The notes: generated by a model from the sequence alone, not told the origin. Shown: positions 40,539 to 51,101, numbered from the stretch's first letter. The stretch: 64,000 nucleotides of DNA from a bacterium (GCA_965209155.1 OZ242383.1:2400001-2464000), one strand, 5' to 3'. Numbers and translations are program-made.

Positions 40539-41789
40539 TTGAGTGAAAAGATCAAACCGACAAATTACGAGAAGGAAATGCTGGCAGGGGAGCATGGCGT
40601 TCCACGTCGTTGGGCGATGGAACAGCAAATGCTGGTAGCCGGTTTTTTCGATGCGGAAGATTTTGTCGAAGTCTCTCAGGCGCATATCATGTGCGATACC
40701 GAATCTCTGGGTGAAGCGGGGATCGAGCAGCTGGAATACCTGGCCGCTCAACCTGCACCGGACTGCAGGGTGGCGATTCCCACGGTCACCGACCCGCGTG
40801 GACTCGACCTGCGCCTCTACCAGAAGCTCAATCAACCCGAAGCCTTTGCGGAACGCGAACGACGCGCAGCCCGTGCTCTCCGCGGGATGGGTGTCCTCAT
40901 GACGGACACCTGTATCAATTACCAGACGATTTCGCCACCGGTGTTAGGGCAGCACCTGGCCTTTGGCGACACGGGCTCCGTGATCTATGCCAACAGCGTA
41001 TTGGGAGCCCGCACCAATTTCGAAGGAGGACCCGCGGCCCTGGCTGCCGCTCTCACTGGCCGCGTACCAAGATATGGATGCCATCTCCCGGAAAATCGCC
41101 AGGCAACCCGGGTGTTTCATATCGAGCATCATCCAAAAACCTTATCAGACTGGGGCGCTTTGGGTGCCATCATTGGTAAAAAAGTGGGTTCCTACTGGTC
41201 GGTTCCCGCAATCACTGGTATTCAAAAAAGTCCCGCATCGGACGAACTCAAGCACTTCGGGGCGGCCCTGGCGAGTTTCGGTTCCGTCCCCCTCTACCAC
41301 ATGGAGGGAGTGACGCCGGAAGCCCTGGATGTCCGAAACGTGCTGGCCCCTGATCATATCGATCATACCACCATAAACGTCACGGATATCCGGGATTTTT
41401 ATGCTTCATTTCAACGATTCGACCAGGTCGACGTGGTGGTTTTTGCGGCACCGCAGTTGTCGCTTTTCGAAATCCAGCATATCGCTGGAATATTAGACGG
41501 ACGGAAAATCAGTGACTCGACGGCTCTCTTGATCGCCACTTCTCCGGAAATCAAGTCGGCATGCGACCGGTTGGGTATCACCGCCCGATTGGAAGATTCA
41601 GGGGCGATTGTCCTGAGCGGTGTTTGCTTCTACCAGATGTATGCCCGGGAGCTCCGGGAAGCGAATGGTTGGAATCGCTTGGTGAGCAATTCCGCCAAAC
41701 TGGTCAATATCGTCCCGGGATATGGTTACGAAGCCATCCTCGCCACGACGGAGCAGTGCGTCGAAGCGGCAATCACGGGAAAGCTTTGA
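40539..41789 (+). CDS. Aconitase X catalytic (large) subunit (DUF521)
   Basis: E.EMLAGE.G, TC.NY, YANSVLGARTN.EGGP.ALAA.LTGR.P.YG.H and G.TPEA motifs. TTG 40539 is the likely start. Confidence 0.88.
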   Translation: MSEKIKPTNYEKEMLAGEHGVPRRWAMEQQMLVAGFFDAEDFVEVSQAHIMCDTESLGEAGIEQLEYLAAQPAPDCRVAIPTVTDPRGLDLRLYQKLNQPEAFAERERRAARALRGMGVLMTDTCINYQTISPPVLGQHLAFGDTGSVIYANSVLGARTNFEGGPAALAAALTGRVPRYGCHLPENRQATRVFHIEHHPKTLSDWGALGAIIGKKVGSYWSVPAITGIQKSPASDELKHFGAALASFGSVPLYHMEGVTPEALDVRNVLAPDHIDHTTINVTDIRDFYASFQRFDQVDVVVFAAPQLSLFEIQHIAGILDGRKISDSTALLIATSPEIKSACDRLGITARLEDSGAIVLSGVCFYQMYARELREANGWNRLVSNSAKLVNIVPGYGYEAILATTEQCVEAAITGKL

Positions 41790-42211
41790 TGGGAGCCAGC
41801 CACCTCTACGAATGTCACCCCGGAATCGGGCCAAAAGTGAGCGGAATTGTAATCGCAGCCAATGATGATTTCAGCGCGCGTTACGACCTGGACCGCATAC
41901 GGGGCGTATTTTCACGATCGTCTCACAGGCTTTATGGAGGAAGCTATGTCGGCAAGATCCTCGTCTTGAATACGGCCAAAGGCGGTGTGGCAAGCGCCTG
42001 GATGCTCTTGGATATGGTATCCCGTCAAATGGCGCCGTCCGCCCTGGTCCTGAACGTGGCCAATCCCATCTTGGCGCAAGGCGCGGCTTTTGCGGGTTTG
42101 ACGCTGGTGGACCGCTTCAACGTGGATATCACGAACGAACTGACTACCGGTGATTTTGTGACCATCGACCCACAAGCCGGTTTTGTTATCAAAAAAGAGA
42201 GTCAGGCTTGA
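41789..42211 (+). CDS. Aconitase X swivel (small) subunit (DUF126)
   Basis: H.L.G.S..GKILV....KGG, P.ALV....NPIL..GA and TGD.V.ID motifs. TGATG coupling to the large subunit. Confidence 0.85.
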   Translation: MGASHLYECHPGIGPKVSGIVIAANDDFSARYDLDRIRGVFSRSSHRLYGGSYVGKILVLNTAKGGVASAWMLLDMVSRQMAPSALVLNVANPILAQGAAFAGLTLVDRFNVDITNELTTGDFVTIDPQAGFVIKKESQA

Positions 42212-42384
42212 ATGTTTGGAATATTAAGCAAAGATTTTATTTTTGCGGCAGTTCCTGATGGCAAGCCGAGTTATGTGAATCCTGCCATCAGTTCTGGTAA
42301 CTGACATACTTCAGAACAACTACCTCGGCTTTCGTATCACCCGGTGAAACAGCCTCCCACGCGTCGGCATCAATCGACATTGCG

Positions 42385-45103
42385 TCACCAGCGCAAAGCG
42401 GCGGTCATCATCACGCTGTGAACGGCTTCGTCATCGTATGCAGCCTCGCGACGGGTGCCTTCCAGGTTCAGGTCAGTCCCCGGAGCCACTTGCCAACGCG
42501 CTCCCATGCGCCCCAATTGCGAACCTTCGTCGGCGAGTTCAAGCCCCGCAAAAGGCGTCACCACCCCGAAGCCGGGCTTCGCGTTGAGTCCGTAGCCAAC
42601 CTCCGTATGCATGCGCCCCATTCCCGGGTCGACCGGTAACACCGCACTGGCGCTGGCGCTCTCCCACAGCCGTTGAACGCCACTCTCCGTCTGGCCCCAG
42701 GCCGGCTTCACGCTGACCATCAGTCCACGGTTTGCCTCACCCGGATCGAATTGCACCAGCCCACTCACACCCCATTCCTCGTAATCGCCGCTATGAGCGA
42801 ACAGGATCCTGGCACGGCCCTCGATGGTCAGTCCCGAAGCCAGGTCCACGTAGCGCAAGGCGCCGCCGGTTTCCAAGCTGCTGCCCGTCTCACCGTCGCC
42901 ACCGTCTTGGCGCAGGCCGAATTCCAGCAAGGGCGCCAGCGTTGCCCCCGAGGCGAGTTCGTGAACGTGCGAGCCTTCGAGCATCACCCGCTGCCGGTTG
43001 GTACTCAACCTCAAGCTTTCGAGCGTCCCGGCGCCTTCGACGTCGGCCCACGTGAAGGCCGTCTCGGCCTTGAGCCGCAGGTTCGTCGTGCCGCCTTCAA
43101 AAAACCGGTCACTGGCAGCCAGCGACCATGAGATGCCTGCCGCTACCATACGCTGCGTCAGGTCGCTCGCTTGCGCACCATCCGGTTCGACGTTGACCTT
43201 GACCTCGCCCGATCCAAAACCGGCCGTGGCCCACAGGTTCGTACCACGCCTCTGCCAGCCCACGTAGGGGTGGATGCTCGTCAGGGTGGTGGTGAACTCG
43301 CCCGACAACTCGTAGGAGTCCTTGTAATTCAGCGTCCCCCGCGCTTGCGCCACTGAGAATCCTGCCAGCATATTCGCGCTCAGCCAAGTGTCGATGCCGA
43401 GGTGGGCGCTCGTCACGTTGCCATCGTATTCCAGGTTCTGCGGGTCGCCGCCCGATAGACTGCGATAGTCCCCGCTTCCCCAGAGCGTCATGTTCCCGAA
43501 CTGGCGCTCGCTGCCACGGTCGTGGCCACTGACCGCCAAGGTGAACGAAGAGTCCGCAAGCAGTTGGTCGAGTTCGAAGGTGCCGTCCTCCAGGGCCTGT
43601 CCATTGGCCAGCAGGACACCGGAGAGCGTGGAAGCGCCACCGAGGCTGAGGCTGTTCTCCGGCGCGATTCCGGAGGATGCCTGCTGGATGCGGCCGGAAA
43701 CGGCATCGACCGTGCTGGCCGTCATGGCCCGCATGACTTGCGGCAGCAAGACCTTGACGGTGTTGTTCTGGCGCGGGGCTTCCTCCTTGGAGGGGGTCAG
43801 GTAGAAGCCCGAAGCGATAATGAGATTGGTGCGGAATTCGGTCCCGTCCAATGCCGTGGTCGTTCTTACGAATTGTCTGGCATAACCCACCTTGGGAATA
43901 TCAGTGCTGTCGCTGTCGTCGGCGGGGTTGTCGAAGTGATATTCCCAGAATCCGCCTTCCGGGCTACTCCTCGCCGCCCTGACTAGCTGTGCGAAAAATG
44001 AGTTCACCGGTAACGGCGTCCCTGTTTATCCCTCCGCGTCGGAGCTCCAATTGATCCGGAAATCCTCCGTGAAACAGGATCAGGTTGCTGTCGCCGTCTA
44101 CGATGTGGATGTACACGGAACCGTGTCTCCAGGGGCCGTTCGGGTCCCGCAAGGCAAGCCTGGCTTTTTGGAAAGCCACCCGGGATGCGGCTGTCGTGGG
44201 TGCGTTTCTCACGGTTTCCGCGATGAATTTCAACGCCTCTCCGACAAACTGTTTCAGGGTCGCGCGGTCCACCACCTCGCGGGCCGTGATGGTCGGACTG
44301 CCGTAATCGATTACCTCGTCCGCCAGGTGCGATGCGTTGAGATCGAATCCCGTAAGCATCACGAATGGACGTCTCGCATTGACCGAGACATAAGAAGCTG
44401 CATGACCGGATATCCCTCCACGAAGATTAAACGCGGCATGAGGTTCGCTTTCCAGGTAGGTGGTGAGCCTGTTCAGCGCATCGCTCCTGGCGGCAGCGTC
44501 GGTAGAACGCAGGCCAGCCAGAATCGCCGGTGGGGTACCGAGCGCATGGAGAATCCCTGCATAGATATCGGGTTTCAGCTTCCCGGCCGAAAGGGACATG
44601 CGCTTCGCATGAAGGTAAACCCGCCCGTCGGGCGTCAGCGTCACGAGGTAAATGTCACCGGAACGCCAGGGGCCGCCATCCTGTCTGAGCCGGCAACCCG
44701 TGTATGCAATTTGCGCCGGCGTCGGTTTTTCGGAGCCCGTTCCCGTGAACTGATTTCTCGCTGCCAACGTAAATTGCTCCAAGGTGGCGCTGCCGTCCAC
44801 CACATCTTGCGCCGTCACCGGAGGGTCCGCAGGAACTGTCACGCCGGCAGGGAGTGGACAGGGGGCGTCAGCCTGCGCCAGGGCGAGGCGCCCTTCGAAA
44901 CAGGAGACAGCCATTACCAGCAGGCCGAGCACAATCAATAAATTCGTCCTGCGTATCGTTGTCCGGGGTCGCGGCTCAGGTTTTCCTTGTTGGGACAGGT
45001 TTAAACGAGAAATGACAAATGGTAGTCTTCCGCGTGTCCATGCCCAAGGTCTGACGGCTGGAGAAATGGACCTACTGCGGTTGCGCTCATCGACTTTTTT
45101 CAT
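42385..45103 (-). pseudogene. Autotransporter-like protein with two Cache-like passenger modules, split by a 1-nt frameshift (real or sequencing error)
   Basis: ORFs 43964-45103 and 42385-44007 join into one 905-aa frame if one base of the A5 run at 43994-43998 is removed (...DAVTGELIF-AQLVRAARSSPEGG...). C-terminal beta-barrel ends in W. Confidence 0.75.
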
Positions 45104-45292
45104 ATCAACCTCTTTAAAGATGTATTAAATCAGACTCCTCAAAAATTCGTTCTGACTAATTTATTGATTGTCTCATGTTCCATGTATGGAACTTGCAGGA
45201 GGGCGCATTTTATTCAGACGGCATAATTTAGTCAAACATTTTTTCAAATGGGCGGTTCATTGCCAGGACAAACGCATCATGAGACCGCCTCT

Positions 45293-45715
45293 CTACCGGC
45301 CCTCCACCTCCTCCCGCAGGCGTTCTTCCTGCTCTACCTGCTCCGGGGTCATGATCTCGCTGAAGTCTGCTGTCTCGAACAAGGGGCGAATCTCCATTTC
45401 ACTGGAACCCGGCATGGGATTGGGGCAACGCTTCACCCAATCGACGGCCTCATCCATGTCCTTCACCTCCCACAACCAGAATCCAGCCACCAGTTCGCTG
45501 ACTGCTGGGAAGGGACCGTCAATAACGGTACGTCCCTCTCCGTCGAAGACCACTCTCTTGCCTTCCGACGAGGGCTTGATTCCCTCACCGCCCCGCATGA
45601 TCCCGGCGTCGACCAGCTCTTGATTGAAGTTTCCCATGGCCTCGATGAGTTCGCCGGAAGGCATCATGCCGGCTTCACTGTCGGCGGTGGCTTTGACCAG
45701 AACGATTACACGCAT
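45293..45715 (-). CDS. YciI/DGPF family protein
   Basis: MR.IVLVKAT..SEAG..P and V.DGPF....ELVAGFWLW.V..MDEA..W..RCP motifs. Confidence 0.9.
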   Translation of the reverse strand: MRVIVLVKATADSEAGMMPSGELIEAMGNFNQELVDAGIMRGGEGIKPSSEGKRVVFDGEGRTVIDGPFPAVSELVAGFWLWEVKDMDEAVDWVKRCPNPMPGSSEMEIRPLFETADFSEIMTPEQVEQEERLREEVEGR

Positions 45716-45853
45716 TTGTGATCTCCATTGATGAAATTGCATTATTACATAAATAGAACAACCAGTGTCCAAGGGTTGTAATAAATTGAAATTGGAAAAA
45801 TTGCAAACAAATCTCTCTCCTTGTGCGAATGGATTGAAGTCGTTGGACTCCTC

Positions 45854-46627
45854 TCAGACGCGTACAAAGACAATCTGCCGCATTCCCCACGAGATTTCGG
45901 ACTCGTCTCCTGGTTGTCGTCTCAAATCGTTCAGGTCAGACTGGAGCTGTTGTATGGTACCAGGGGAATAATTCGCCTTGATGAAAAGATTATCTTTCCA
46001 TGTCCGGATATTGTAAAAGAACATGGAGGCGGCACGAGCAGTCGGCACTTTCAAATGCCGGACCTCACTGGCGAGTCTTTCCAGTGTCTCCGGTTCTTTC
46101 ATACTGTTCAATTGCGGACCAATGTACAGTTGGTTACCTTGCTGAACCAACATCGTTTGCAGTATGCCGAGGTAGCTCGCCAATGTAGTCTGATTTGTCT
46201 CGATCCACTCCACTTCATCCATCAACAATCGTCCTCCTGGACAAAGCTGGCTTGCCCACCTGGCAATCGTTTCGTGAGGATCTTTCAAGTGCGTGAGAAG
46301 GAATCGGCAGTAGAGGAGGTCGCAGGGTCCCAAAGGGAATGGGACCAAGGTGACGTCGTGGTGATAAAATGAAACCTTTCTGGATCCTTTTTTTCGAGCA
46401 TGCGCAATGAACTGCGCTGAATTATCGAGCCCTGCCACATTGTGGCATTGGAGGACGTCTGCCAAGAAATGAGTGGAAAAACCGGGTCCGCACCCCAGGT
46501 CCAAGGCAAGACTTATCGGACCAACAGTCGACTCTTGTAGAAAGGGTTTGCTGGATTCCGCGAATACGTTTGCCAGCAGGTGCAACCTCCGAGTGGCCGG
46601 TTCCGTGTCACCAAAGAGATATCTCAT
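45854..46627 (-). CDS. Class I SAM-dependent methyltransferase
   Basis: LDLGCGPG, GLDNS, DLLYCRFLL.H and L.PGGRL motifs. Confidence 0.9.
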   Translation of the reverse strand: MRYLFGDTEPATRRLHLLANVFAESSKPFLQESTVGPISLALDLGCGPGFSTHFLADVLQCHNVAGLDNSAQFIAHARKKGSRKVSFYHHDVTLVPFPLGPCDLLYCRFLLTHLKDPHETIARWASQLCPGGRLLMDEVEWIETNQTTLASYLGILQTMLVQQGNQLYIGPQLNSMKEPETLERLASEVRHLKVPTARAASMFFYNIRTWKDNLFIKANYSPGTIQQLQSDLNDLRRQPGDESEISWGMRQIVFVRV

Positions 46628-46719
46628 GAAATTTTTCGTTGACTTCTTAAATGAGATAAGAGACGATATTTATGATATAGGTCATGTTTTTCATCCGGAA
46701 CTCGAATCATAGGGGAATT

Positions 46720-47334
46720 ATGAATCAGTGGAAAGTTTTAAGCATCGGTTTGCTCGTCCTGTCAGCCGCATCGGTCGCGATGGCAGATGACATGAAGGTA
46801 AAATCCGGAGCATGGTACCTGAATACCGGGTATGGGAACACCGGTATCATCGGTGACGATGAAACGGATAATGATTCTTTGCAACTGAAACTCGGCGAGC
46901 AGGTTTTCACCGTGAACCTCGGCAGGGAAGTATTCAGGAACAATAACCTCACTCTTTCACTCGAGGGCGGCATAAACTTTCACCCGGAAGATACGAGGTG
47001 CATCACCCCCGGTCCTGAGATAAAAAGTTGCTCGGTAACTTCTGGTTACGCCGCACGTCTCGGCGCGTTGGCAACGATACCGCTGGGCAATCTCAACCTT
47101 ACCTTCGGTCTCGGTGCAGGCCAATACATCCTGGATTTCGTATTCAAGGCCACGGTTGGAGACTATCATGTGAAGGATAAGGCAGATACCTACGGAGAGT
47201 TTCTGGACTTTGTCGCCGGTGTCGAGTGGAATCTTTCCAAAGAGTTCGCCGTCGGTGCGGAAGTGCGACATTTTCAATATAAGGAAATTGAACTAGCCAC
47301 GGCAATCGGGATCAATGCAAAAATTCGATTCTGA
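46720..47334 (+). CDS. Small outer-membrane beta-barrel protein
   Basis: Signal peptide (AMA-DD), amphipathic strands and C-terminal Phe. RBS aggg before ATG 46720. Confidence 0.75.
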   Translation: MNQWKVLSIGLLVLSAASVAMADDMKVKSGAWYLNTGYGNTGIIGDDETDNDSLQLKLGEQVFTVNLGREVFRNNNLTLSLEGGINFHPEDTRCITPGPEIKSCSVTSGYAARLGALATIPLGNLNLTFGLGAGQYILDFVFKATVGDYHVKDKADTYGEFLDFVAGVEWNLSKEFAVGAEVRHFQYKEIELATAIGINAKIRF

Positions 47335-47342
47335 ACTGGAGA

Positions 47343-48218
47343 GTGGCCATGATGAATTCGCGCAGCAGGCGAATGGTGGAAGAAGGATTTTGCGTTTTTG
47401 AAAAGGTTTTTACTCCGGAAGACCTGGATCCAATCCGCAAGGTATCAATACAAGCGGTAAAATCACTCTCAACCGACCACAGGGTTCGAAACAAATCCCA
47501 GGGAAGCCTCATATTGATTGCCGATTATCCGGAATTTTCCCACCTGATCGGACATGAAAAACTGGCTCACCTTTTCACTGAGATGGAATTCTCGGACCCT
47601 CGTTTCAATTCAGGTTACATCATCAGCAAACCTGCTTTCAGCCCCGCTTTATTCTGGCACCAGGACTGGTGGGGATGGAACCACCAATTTTCCTATACGA
47701 GCGAAATCGCCCAGTTTTTCGTGATGGTCTACCTCCAGGATACCAACGTGGAAAATGGCTGTCTCAGGGTCATCCCCGGTACGCATCGCGTACCCCATCC
47801 TTTTCATGAGAGTCAAGACGCTCATGCGGAGAGTCTTTCCCGGGTCGATGATCCCCATGATCCACTCTATCTTCACGTGAAGGGTCAAGTGGAGGTTCCG
47901 GTCCGATATGGAGACGTGGTATTCGGAGATTCCAGGTTGATCCACAGTTCCTTTCCCAACCAATCGCAGGAAGAACGGACACTGATCACACTCTGGTTTC
48001 ATCCCCATTACGCTCGTCTCCCTGAAGCGATTCAGGCCAGGATTTATGAAATGTTTCAGCGCAAAGGAGTCGATACCGACCCGGATGGCCCCAATTCCAT
48101 GACATTGCCCAATTGGCCCCCCCACTATCGTCGAAAGGTCGAATCTTTATTCCCGCATTGTCCTGAAAACGTGGAACCCAATCCCTGGTGCCGTGAGCCC
48201 GATTGGCCGGAAAAATAA
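47343..48218 (+). CDS. Phytanoyl-CoA dioxygenase (PhyH) family Fe(II)/2OG oxygenase
   Basis: WHQD, NGCLRVIPGTH, GD......LIH.S..N.S...R motifs. Confidence 0.9.
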   Translation: MAMMNSRSRRMVEEGFCVFEKVFTPEDLDPIRKVSIQAVKSLSTDHRVRNKSQGSLILIADYPEFSHLIGHEKLAHLFTEMEFSDPRFNSGYIISKPAFSPALFWHQDWWGWNHQFSYTSEIAQFFVMVYLQDTNVENGCLRVIPGTHRVPHPFHESQDAHAESLSRVDDPHDPLYLHVKGQVEVPVRYGDVVFGDSRLIHSSFPNQSQEERTLITLWFHPHYARLPEAIQARIYEMFQRKGVDTDPDGPNSMTLPNWPPHYRRKVESLFPHCPENVEPNPWCREPDWPEK

Positions 48219-48245
48219 TAATTTATTACGTGAATATAGTAAAAA

Positions 48246-49793
48246 ATGAATGGCGCAGAGAGTTTAATTCGAACACTGGTTAATGCAGGCGTTGAAATTT
48301 GTTTTGTCAATCCCGGTACCACGGAAGTCCATTTGGTTCAAGCATTGGATGCCGTTCCCGAAATGCGTGCCGTTCTGGCTTTGTTCGAAGGAGTCTGTAC
48401 CGGGGCGGCTGACGGTTATGGCCGCATGAAAGGCCAACCTGCTGCCACTTTGCTGCACCTGGGACCCGGCCTGGCCAATGGAATCGCCAATTTACACAAC
48501 GCCCGTCGCGCTGCCAGTCCAATCATCAACCTGGTGGGCAATCACCCCCACTACCACCTGCAATATGATGCGCCGCTCACCTCCAATATCGAAACCCTGG
48601 CACTAAATTTTTCCTCCTGGTACAAGGAAAACAGCACGGCTCGGACTATCGCCCGGGATGGAGCCGACGCGGTCACCGCCGCTTTGACCGCCAAGGCCGG
48701 TAGCAAGGGTCAAATCGCCACGCTGGCTTTACCAACCGACGCTTGTTGGGGTGAATCACCCGGTCTCGCTGCTCCCAATCCGCTTCCCACTCGTAGCGCC
48801 GTCGACGGCGATACGGTGGACCAGGCCGCACGCATCCTGGAGCCGGATTCAGCCTTGTTGCTGGACGGTCCCGCGTTACTGGAAGAAGGACTGGAGATTG
48901 CCAACGGTATTGCAGAAGTCAGTGGAAGTCAGGTCTGGTGTTCGGGATTCCCGGCACGTCTCGAAGGGGGAGTGGGACGGGGGAAGGTGAGCCGTGTTCC
49001 TTATTTTCCAGAAGATATCCAACAAAAAATGACAGGAATCCGGAAATTGATATTGGCCGGAAGCCGGCCGCCCGTCAGCTTTTTCGCCTATCAAAATACG
49101 CCGGGTTACCTGGTTCCTGAAGATTGTTCCCTTTTCACTCTGGCACGACCTGAAGAAGACGTCGTAGGCGCCTTGCAGGCAGTGGCGGATTCCTTGAAGG
49201 CCCCTGCAAATTCAGGCCCACGCAATCCATTCGTTGAAATCGACCTGCCAACAGGACAGTTGAACCTGGATAAGATCGGCGCGATCGTGGCCGCCCTCGC
49301 TCCGGAGAACACGATCTTCTCCCTCGATTCAGGAGGGGGACGCTCCGTCTACGCATTGACGCAAAAAGCCGCCCCCCACACCTGGTTGAACATCACGGGC
49401 GGCGCTATTGGACAAGGGGGGCCCGTGGCCATTGGAGCCGCCATCGCCGCACCGGATCGTCGCGTCATCACGTTGGCTGGAGATGGAGGCGCGATGTACA
49501 CCAACCAGGCGTTCTGGACCCAGGCCCGGGAAGGATTGAATATCACCACCATCCTTTTCTCCAATCGGTCCTACGGAATCCTGGAAACAGAATACTGGAG
49601 ACTGGGAGTCAACGAAATCGGGGAAAGGGCGTCCCGTCTCTTCAGCTTACGCAACCCGGATATCGATTGGGTGGGATTGGCAAAAAGCATGGGGATCCCG
49701 GGCATCTCCGTGGAGACGTCTGATGCCTTGATAGACCACCTGCAAAGAAGCTTCTCCCAGGACGGGCCCTATCTCATCGAAACCCTCTATTGA
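48246..49793 (+). CDS. ThDP-dependent enzyme, acetolactate synthase large subunit-like
   Basis: NPGTTE, LFEGV.TGAADGY.R, LLHLGPGLAN and GDGGAMY...N motifs. Confidence 0.9.
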   Translation: MNGAESLIRTLVNAGVEICFVNPGTTEVHLVQALDAVPEMRAVLALFEGVCTGAADGYGRMKGQPAATLLHLGPGLANGIANLHNARRAASPIINLVGNHPHYHLQYDAPLTSNIETLALNFSSWYKENSTARTIARDGADAVTAALTAKAGSKGQIATLALPTDACWGESPGLAAPNPLPTRSAVDGDTVDQAARILEPDSALLLDGPALLEEGLEIANGIAEVSGSQVWCSGFPARLEGGVGRGKVSRVPYFPEDIQQKMTGIRKLILAGSRPPVSFFAYQNTPGYLVPEDCSLFTLARPEEDVVGALQAVADSLKAPANSGPRNPFVEIDLPTGQLNLDKIGAIVAALAPENTIFSLDSGGGRSVYALTQKAAPHTWLNITGGAIGQGGPVAIGAAIAAPDRRVITLAGDGGAMYTNQAFWTQAREGLNITTILFSNRSYGILETEYWRLGVNEIGERASRLFSLRNPDIDWVGLAKSMGIPGISVETSDALIDHLQRSFSQDGPYLIETLY

Positions 49794-49832
49794 ACCTGCA
49801 CGCTGCTTCAATGAAAGCATTCCCCTTGCAAG

Positions 49833-51101
49833 ATGAAAAAAATCAACCAGTTCCATGAATCTCTGGAGTTGATCCTGGCGCATAGCCATCCACTGGAAAG
49901 CGAGCAGATTCCTTTCCAGGAGGCGCTGGGACGGATTTTGGCGGAGGACGTGATCGCTTCGAGAAACGATCCGCCTGCAGCCAAATCCGCAATGGACGGA
50001 TACTGCCTGCGCGCAAATGATACTCGATCAGCGCGGCCTGAATCTCCCGTAGAGTTGCCATTTTCAGGCGTGTTGGCGGCCGGTCATCCTTTCCCGGAAA
50101 AACTGATCCCGGGAAGCGCTTTGAAAATCATGACCGGATCGCTGCTTCCGGAAGGGGCTGATGCCGTGGTCAAGCAGGAGGATGTCCGGGAAATGGAAAG
50201 GGGAAGCATTGCGCTGGAAGGTCCTCTGCAATGTGGAGAAAATGTGCTTCTCAAAGGTTCTCAGCAAAGGCGGGGAGAACGCGTATTGCGCAAGGGGAGC
50301 CCGGTCACCCCGCAGGTGCTGGGTATGTTGGCCAAATTGGGAACAGTCGAATTGAAGGCGTATCGTCGTCCGCATGTGGCATTACTGGCCATCGGAGATG
50401 AACTGGTCGAGCCGGGAATGCCGTTACGAATGGAACAATCGTACGTCAGTAACCTTTATTCATTGTGCGCGGCCGTGAAACGGTGTGGTGGTATCCCTCA
50501 TCGCCTTGGCATCGCCAGGGACGATCCCGGTCAAATTGCGCGGATGCTTCGACCTTCCCTGGACGATACGCAATCATTCGCAGGTTCTTCTCCGCAACGC
50601 ATCATCGTCACGCTCGGCGGGTCCAGGCGTGGCACTCATGACTACGCACATGCGGTGTTGGAATCTCTGGGAACCAACATTCATTTTCGCGAAACCAACA
50701 TCAATCTCGCTCCTTCGACTATATTCGCCACCTCCGGACGCCGGCTCTTTTTCGCGCTCCCCGGAACCCCAGTACCCTCCTGGGCGGCCTTCGAGCTGTT
50801 CCTGCGCCCTGCCTTGTGGAAAATGGCAGGACGGGAGCACCTGCAGCCTGCCTTATTTCAAGCCCGGCTGGATTCCCCTTTATCGACGAAAAGGGAGAGA
50901 CGCTGTTTTTTCCCGGGATGGCTCACTTTCAAAGGGAGTGGCCCTCCTTGCGTCTCACCATTGAAAATCCGTCGCAGGGATGATCTTCCCTCTTCCCTCC
51001 TGGCCAACTCGCTTATCCACACTCCAGCAGAACCTCTGGAACTCGAGGAGGGTTCCATGGTGACCGTGGAATGGACTGGCGCGCCCAGCGATTGGCCCTG
51101 A
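49833..51101 (+). CDS. moeA: Molybdopterin molybdenumtransferase MoeA
   Basis: ALGRILAEDV, SAMDGY, IMTG..LPEGADAVV.QE, GDEL and LPG.P motifs. Confidence 0.88.
   Translation: MKKINQFHESLELILAHSHPLESEQIPFQEALGRILAEDVIASRNDPPAAKSAMDGYCLRANDTRSARPESPVELPFSGVLAAGHPFPEKLIPGSALKIMTGSLLPEGADAVVKQEDVREMERGSIALEGPLQCGENVLLKGSQQRRGERVLRKGSPVTPQVLGMLAKLGTVELKAYRRPHVALLAIGDELVEPGMPLRMEQSYVSNLYSLCAAVKRCGGIPHRLGIARDDPGQIARMLRPSLDDTQSFAGSSPQRIIVTLGGSRRGTHDYAHAVLESLGTNIHFRETNINLAPSTIFATSGRRLFFALPGTPVPSWAAFELFLRPALWKMAGREHLQPALFQARLDSPLSTKRERRCFFPGWLTFKGSGPPCVSPLKIRRRDDLPSSLLANSLIHTPAEPLELEEGSMVTVEWTGAPSDWP

Noticed and set aside
44051..44941. 296-aa plus-strand ORF
   Set aside because: It is a shadow ORF of the GC-rich autotransporter.
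49833..51101. MoeA as an inactive paralog (GGSRRG, LPGTP variants)
   Set aside because: The key acidic motifs SAMDG, GDEL and DD are retained, so the divergence is not enough to claim loss of function.
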